Shown here: piece after piece, positions 28,293 through 32,000 of the stretch
Layout of the letters: each line of letters begins with the position of its first letter
How positions within the stretch are numbered: the first letter of the stretch is position 1
Assembly (NCBI RefSeq): GCF_000017845.1
Contig: NC_010547.1
Coordinates: 180,001 to 212,000 of the forward strand
Length of the DNA stretch: 32,000 bases
Reading direction: 5' to 3'
Source: Crocosphaera subtropica ATCC 51142
GTDB taxonomy: Bacteria > Cyanobacteriota > Cyanobacteriia > Cyanobacteriales > Microcystaceae
Made by a program: the position numbers and the translations under genes
Notes under the pieces: model-generated
Told to the model about the DNA's origin: nothing
The model's database searches: none
The model's input: the letters and a program-made list of their open reading frames with translations, nothing else

Positions 28293-28810
28293 GGAATCCA
28301 TTAATGGCATTAATAACTATTTTGATCAGTCCTTTATTCTTTATGGGAATGCCATCAATAGTATTGTTAGTTTGGCTCGATACAGGAATTAAATTCGGTT
28401 TCCGACAAGTAGGTAAAGCTATCGACTATTTGCCACTTCCTGAGCCAGATTATCATAGCGATTTAATTGAGATGGTCGATAGCCCGATAGAGGAGCATCG
28501 AGATCACTTCCAAACCATTGAGCGCTATCTCATTTCACAACATGATGATCCTACAGTGCAAGTGAATGGCTATCTTGCCAAGGCAGCACTTTATCAAAAC
28601 CAACTCGATAATCCGGTGACACTGCCAGAAGAATACAAACAACATAAAGAAAGAATCATAAAAGGAGTATTAGAGGATAAGGGTGAACTGATCGAAAAAG
28701 CGCAAAGCCACTCACTCAATTACACCTGCACAGATAAAGTAAATCGGCTCGATGAAAATAGCTCGATAAACGTCATTGTTGAGACAATGCAAGTATGTCG
28801 TGAGAAATAA
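28289..28810 (+). CDS. membrane protein of unknown function
   Basis: ATGA overlap with the relaxase stop. N-terminal TM helix LMALITILISPLFFMGMPSIVLLVWL. Confidence 0.5.
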   Translation: MRNPLMALITILISPLFFMGMPSIVLLVWLDTGIKFGFRQVGKAIDYLPLPEPDYHSDLIEMVDSPIEEHRDHFQTIERYLISQHDDPTVQVNGYLAKAALYQNQLDNPVTLPEEYKQHKERIIKGVLEDKGELIEKAQSHSLNYTCTDKVNRLDENSSINVIVETMQVCREK

Positions 28811-28978
28811 AGAAAGCTCTGAGAAAACGTACAGAAAAAGATAAAACCGTAGTTCATTGAAAAGCCTAGAAGGCTTGCCCAATCAACCGTAAACCCCTTC
28901 ACAAATCAAGAAAATACTCCCACAATATACACGAACCCCTACACCATAGTTTTCTTCTGGGGTTTATCCTTACCAATC

Positions 28979-29344
28979 ATGGTGAAACTCCAACTTACCC
29001 ATAAACAAGCTAAGGAGGTATTGCGAGTATCCAGTAATCGAACATGGCGATCGCATCTGACGACGATCGGAATAGATTCAACTGTAAGCATACTCGATTG
29101 GAGCCAATTAGAAGCTCTCTACGCATTGCAATTGTACTTAAGTGTCAGAACCGGACAGCACAGTAAGTCCGAATTCGCTCAAATTTATCGAGAGAAGGGT
29201 CTTACTCCTATCAAAGACACTATACGCAGTCACGGGTTCCATTATGACCAAGCTGTACAGTTGTTTATTGAAACATTAAGGCGCTTTAAAAGCGAATTAC
29301 TTGAAACTGAATTGCTTGAAATTTCAAACTCTGAGGAAAAATGA
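28979..29344 (+). CDS. hypothetical protein
   Basis: 121-aa ORF, first gene of the T4SS-like operon. ATGA overlap with the next gene. Confidence 0.5.
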   Translation: MVKLQLTHKQAKEVLRVSSNRTWRSHLTTIGIDSTVSILDWSQLEALYALQLYLSVRTGQHSKSEFAQIYREKGLTPIKDTIRSHGFHYDQAVQLFIETLRRFKSELLETELLEISNSEEK

Positions 29345-29889
29345 TGCAAGCTTTTGATGTAAAGAATGAAAGAGTCCCTCTTAACCACGATAATCAAAGA
29401 AAAAAGCGATTAAGTAAAGAGGACACACAATTCGGATACCTTCTGATTACCATTTTTGGAATCGGAATCCTCGGTGTTCTCCATGCAGATATTTCTTTTT
29501 TTATTTTAGCCCTATTGTTCGGATGTGCATTAGGTTTCTGGGATAGTCTTTACGGAAACTTAAATAATCATCGATTTTTAATGCGATTAGTCGTTGTAGG
29601 AGCCTTGACAGGCTTTTTCTTAGTCAACTTTGGTGGAGCCGCTCATGCACTATGGTTAGACAACATTGAACAGTGGATGACAGGCGCTTTCCCCAATGCC
29701 ACAGCTATCGCAGAATTGATCTTCAATGTCTTACGTGCAGCTGTTGTTATTTACCTGGCCATTGCGGGAGTACAGATATTCCTAGCCATTAAGCGACAAG
29801 AAGGATTCTTTGAAGCGGCTCAATTACCCTTAGCCGCTCTTTTAATTATCTCTGTTGTAGATATTATTGCTGGATTTGTAGTTACCTAA
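29341..29889 (+). CDS. polytopic membrane protein, possibly TrbC/VirB2-like pilin with N-terminal extension
   Basis: Four to five hydrophobic helices. The C-terminal pair AIAELIFNVLRAAVVIYLAIAGVQIFLAI and LPLAALLIISVVDIIAGFVV, together with its position before VirB3/VirB4-like genes, suggests a pilin. Confidence 0.35.
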   Translation: MMQAFDVKNERVPLNHDNQRKKRLSKEDTQFGYLLITIFGIGILGVLHADISFFILALLFGCALGFWDSLYGNLNNHRFLMRLVVVGALTGFFLVNFGGAAHALWLDNIEQWMTGAFPNATAIAELIFNVLRAAVVIYLAIAGVQIFLAIKRQEGFFEAAQLPLAALLIISVVDIIAGFVVT

Positions 29890-29932
29890 AAATCAGTAAG
29901 AACCATTTAATAGCCTCGTACATTCATGTCTT

Positions 29933-30247
29933 ATGAAAGAGGAAGAGCAAATCATTGTCAACCGAATGGTGGGGAAAGTACCGTTGATTGGCTCGTTCAG
30001 CCCTATACAGTTTTTCGCCGCCATTGCAGGTTTTTTATTAGGCTACTTAGCCCACGCAAATACAGGAAATATGATTGTCGGAGTTGGGGCTGCTTTATGG
30101 GTCTTTTTTACCATCGTTTTAGTCCTGGGTAATCACCACTGGCAGTATCTCAATAAATACCGCAAAGCTACCCCATGGTCGAGAGGGCGTAGGCTCTTTA
30201 AAAATCCTTTAGAATCGAGGAAGCCCAAAAATGGGACAAAAAACTAA
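29933..30247 (+). CDS. VirB3/TrbD-like small membrane protein
   Basis: 104 aa with two TM helices (IQFFAAIAGFLLGYL, IVGVGAALWVFFTIVLVLG). Immediately upstream of and overlapping the VirB4-like gene. Confidence 0.4.
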   Translation: MKEEEQIIVNRMVGKVPLIGSFSPIQFFAAIAGFLLGYLAHANTGNMIVGVGAALWVFFTIVLVLGNHHWQYLNKYRKATPWSRGRRLFKNPLESRKPKNGTKN

Positions 30248-32000
30248 GAAGAAAAGGATAGAAATCTACGAAGATATCCAAAATCATCTTGATCTGGTAT
30301 GTTATTGTTCGTTTGAACGAGGAGATATTAGAGCAGGGGCTTACCTCTTACAAGAGAAAGATGATGGTCCTTATGCTGTTACCTTCGGTTGGAAGTTAAG
30401 AGGGATTCACTCTTACACCAATAAAAAAGACCTTTACTACAGTCATGAACGATTGAAGAACGGTCTCAAAGACTTTCCCATGAACGATAGTCTAATGGTT
30501 AGGTCTAGGATCACTCCTGATGATAGTAGTAGACAGTGCTATTTACAAAATCTCTGTGAAACAGCACCTTGCGACGAACTTAGTTTCTTTCTTTTAGGAG
30601 ATCAGAAACAAGTTCGAGAAATAAGTGACAAAGCACTCCGCGTTATCAAGGAAGATCGAATCTTCGTATCCTATTATGCAGAAAGTGAAAGCGAAGCTGC
30701 TGATTGGATGGAGAAGGGGTTACTTTGGGTTCAATCTCATATCATTTCCCATTTCGGAGCCTCTAATAACATCGGTCAAGAAGAACTAGAGCGGGTTTTT
30801 CGGTGTGCTAATGAAACCCGATTTCAATGGCATTCCTATCTCACCGATAAGCTTGGATTACAAGTATTTCCCATGTCTCCCGATGAGATGAAGGAATATG
30901 CTTGGAAATTATTTAACAGTACCTCTGCCCCTAGTCAGTTTCCACAGCTAATAACCTACGACCATGATGGGCTAAGGCTCGAACAATGGAGTGAGACAAG
31001 CCCTTCTACTTTACTGACTGCTGACCAAGTTCCGCAAAATGACAGAGCTTGGATCTATCACCCTAATACACAAACCTATAGTGCTGTTCTGACATTTCTG
31101 GACAAGCCCTACGCTTGGGAAAACGCAGAAACCCAAATGAGATATCTCTTTGATTTACTGGGTAAAACAGGTATTAAGCACATTGAGTTTGTGACTCAAG
31201 TGTGGAGAGGTGATAGCAGACTAGCGCGGATTAATATGGAAAAATTGATCCGTCAAAGTAAAAATCGGGGAAAAGAAGCAGCTACCAAAGGTGAAGTCAA
31301 TGTAGCAGCCGGTCAAGATTTAGAGGAAAGCATTGAAGCGCAAAAATCAATGATTAAAGGAAGCGTGCCTTTCAATACGGCAGTGGCCATCATTGTCCAT
31401 GCTCCTGACCCTGATACGCTCAAAAAACTCTGTCGAGTTGTACAGAACAACTACCAAGCTCCTGCTGTAGTCAGCAGAGAAAAAGAAGTTGTCTGGGAAC
31501 TCTGGCTACAATCCTTGCCTATTACCAGAAGTAAGTTACTGGTTAATGCCTTTTCAAATCGTACTCTTACTTATCGCAATGAAGAAGTTTTGGCTTTTTT
31601 ACCGCTTTTTACCACCTTAAGTTCAGCAAAACAGGGAGTAGAACTCATTGCCCAAGACAGCAAAATCCCTGTATATCTGGATGTGTTTCAGTACGAAGGA
31701 CGCCATGTGGGTTTCTTTGCTAGTTCACGTAGTGGTAAATCCGTTGCAATTGGCTCAGTCCTCACCACCGCCCTCTCTCAAGGAATTCCAGTGGTGGCAA
31801 TTGACTACCCTGGTTCTAGCGGGCGTTCTACGTTTACTGATTACACAAAATACCTTGATGTGATTGGAGACTATTTTGACGTAAGAGAACACTCGTTCAA
31901 CATCTTCGACCGTATCAATCTCAGCAAGATTAAAAAGGAAAGAGAGCGCAAAATACGCTGGCAATTATACACAGGGTTTCTCAAAGAAACCTTAGTGGCC
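30231..32000 (+). CDS. virB4: VirB4/TrbE/TraC-like conjugation ATPase (5' part, runs off window)
   Basis: My own translation: frame 3 is open for 590 codons from ATG 30231 to the window end, and it is absent from the track because it has no stop. Walker A-like GFFASSRSGKSVAIGSVL is at about aa 497-514, followed by VVAIDYPG. Synteny is VirB3-like then VirB4-like. Confidence 0.7.
   Translation, partial: MGQKTKKKRIEIYEDIQNHLDLVCYCSFERGDIRAGAYLLQEKDDGPYAVTFGWKLRGIHSYTNKKDLYYSHERLKNGLKDFPMNDSLMVRSRITPDDSSRQCYLQNLCETAPCDELSFFLLGDQKQVREISDKALRVIKEDRIFVSYYAESESEAADWMEKGLLWVQSHIISHFGASNNIGQEELERVFRCANETRFQWHSYLTDKLGLQVFPMSPDEMKEYAWKLFNSTSAPSQFPQLITYDHDGLRLEQWSETSPSTLLTADQVPQNDRAWIYHPNTQTYSAVLTFLDKPYAWENAETQMRYLFDLLGKTGIKHIEFVTQVWRGDSRLARINMEKLIRQSKNRGKEAATKGEVNVAAGQDLEESIEAQKSMIKGSVPFNTAVAIIVHAPDPDTLKKLCRVVQNNYQAPAVVSREKEVVWELWLQSLPITRSKLLVNAFSNRTLTYRNEEVLAFLPLFTTLSSAKQGVELIAQDSKIPVYLDVFQYEGRHVGFFASSRSGKSVAIGSVLTTALSQGIPVVAIDYPGSSGRSTFTDYTKYLDVIGDYFDVREHSFNIFDRINLSKIKKERERKIRWQLYTGFLKETLVA

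Noticed and set aside
31218-31226. ACTAGCGCG inside the VirB4-like gene as another box
   Set aside because: It is a 7/8 match within coding sequence, with no terminator before it and no ATG at the expected spacing after it. It is most likely chance.

Overview
This looks like a segment of a cyanobacterial conjugative plasmid or ICE. Evidence for the host is at least 15 copies of the HIP1 octamer GCGATCGC, a low GC content (not computed) and mostly SD-less starts. All calls come from reading the sequence and ORF track; no searches were run.

Main contents:
1. Cassette array on the + strand (bases 1-11400 and 17240-20320). Small genes are each preceded by the same oriented box, (T)GCTAGCGC(A), lying 28-42 nt upstream of the ATG. 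I found 19 perfect and 3 degenerate copies. Most units are closed by their own hairpin plus T-run terminator, and three units contain no ORF (sRNA-like).
2. A 1198-aa minus-strand protein (20298-23894). Its motifs, in order, are GDCYGKMS, IQFRLG...AKGTL, VIVTRSPL, ADFDGD and AVDGPKS. This is the colinear signature of two-barrel RNA polymerases of the YonO / eukaryotic-type RdRP (QDE-1/RDR) family.
3. Proposed system: a plasmid-encoded single-subunit RNAP plus a regulon of cognate promoter-like boxes driving cassette genes.
4. Other features: a paralogous W-x-YPEI protein family with a conserved C-terminal tail; eight copies of a 50-bp ATCCGCAGCA...TGCTGCGGAT hairpin element; two phased 11-bp GCAC/GTGC arrays, one directly upstream of a ParM-like actin operon (parC-like); and an RNase H.
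5. Accessory genes: two BrnT/BrnA pairs, HicAB, a DUF433 gene fused to a decayed pyrC fragment, and an intact IS4-family element with a 9-bp target duplication.
6. Transfer module: MobC, a relaxase, and a VirB3/VirB4-like T4SS start that runs off the window.

No rRNA, tRNA or CRISPR array was recognised.
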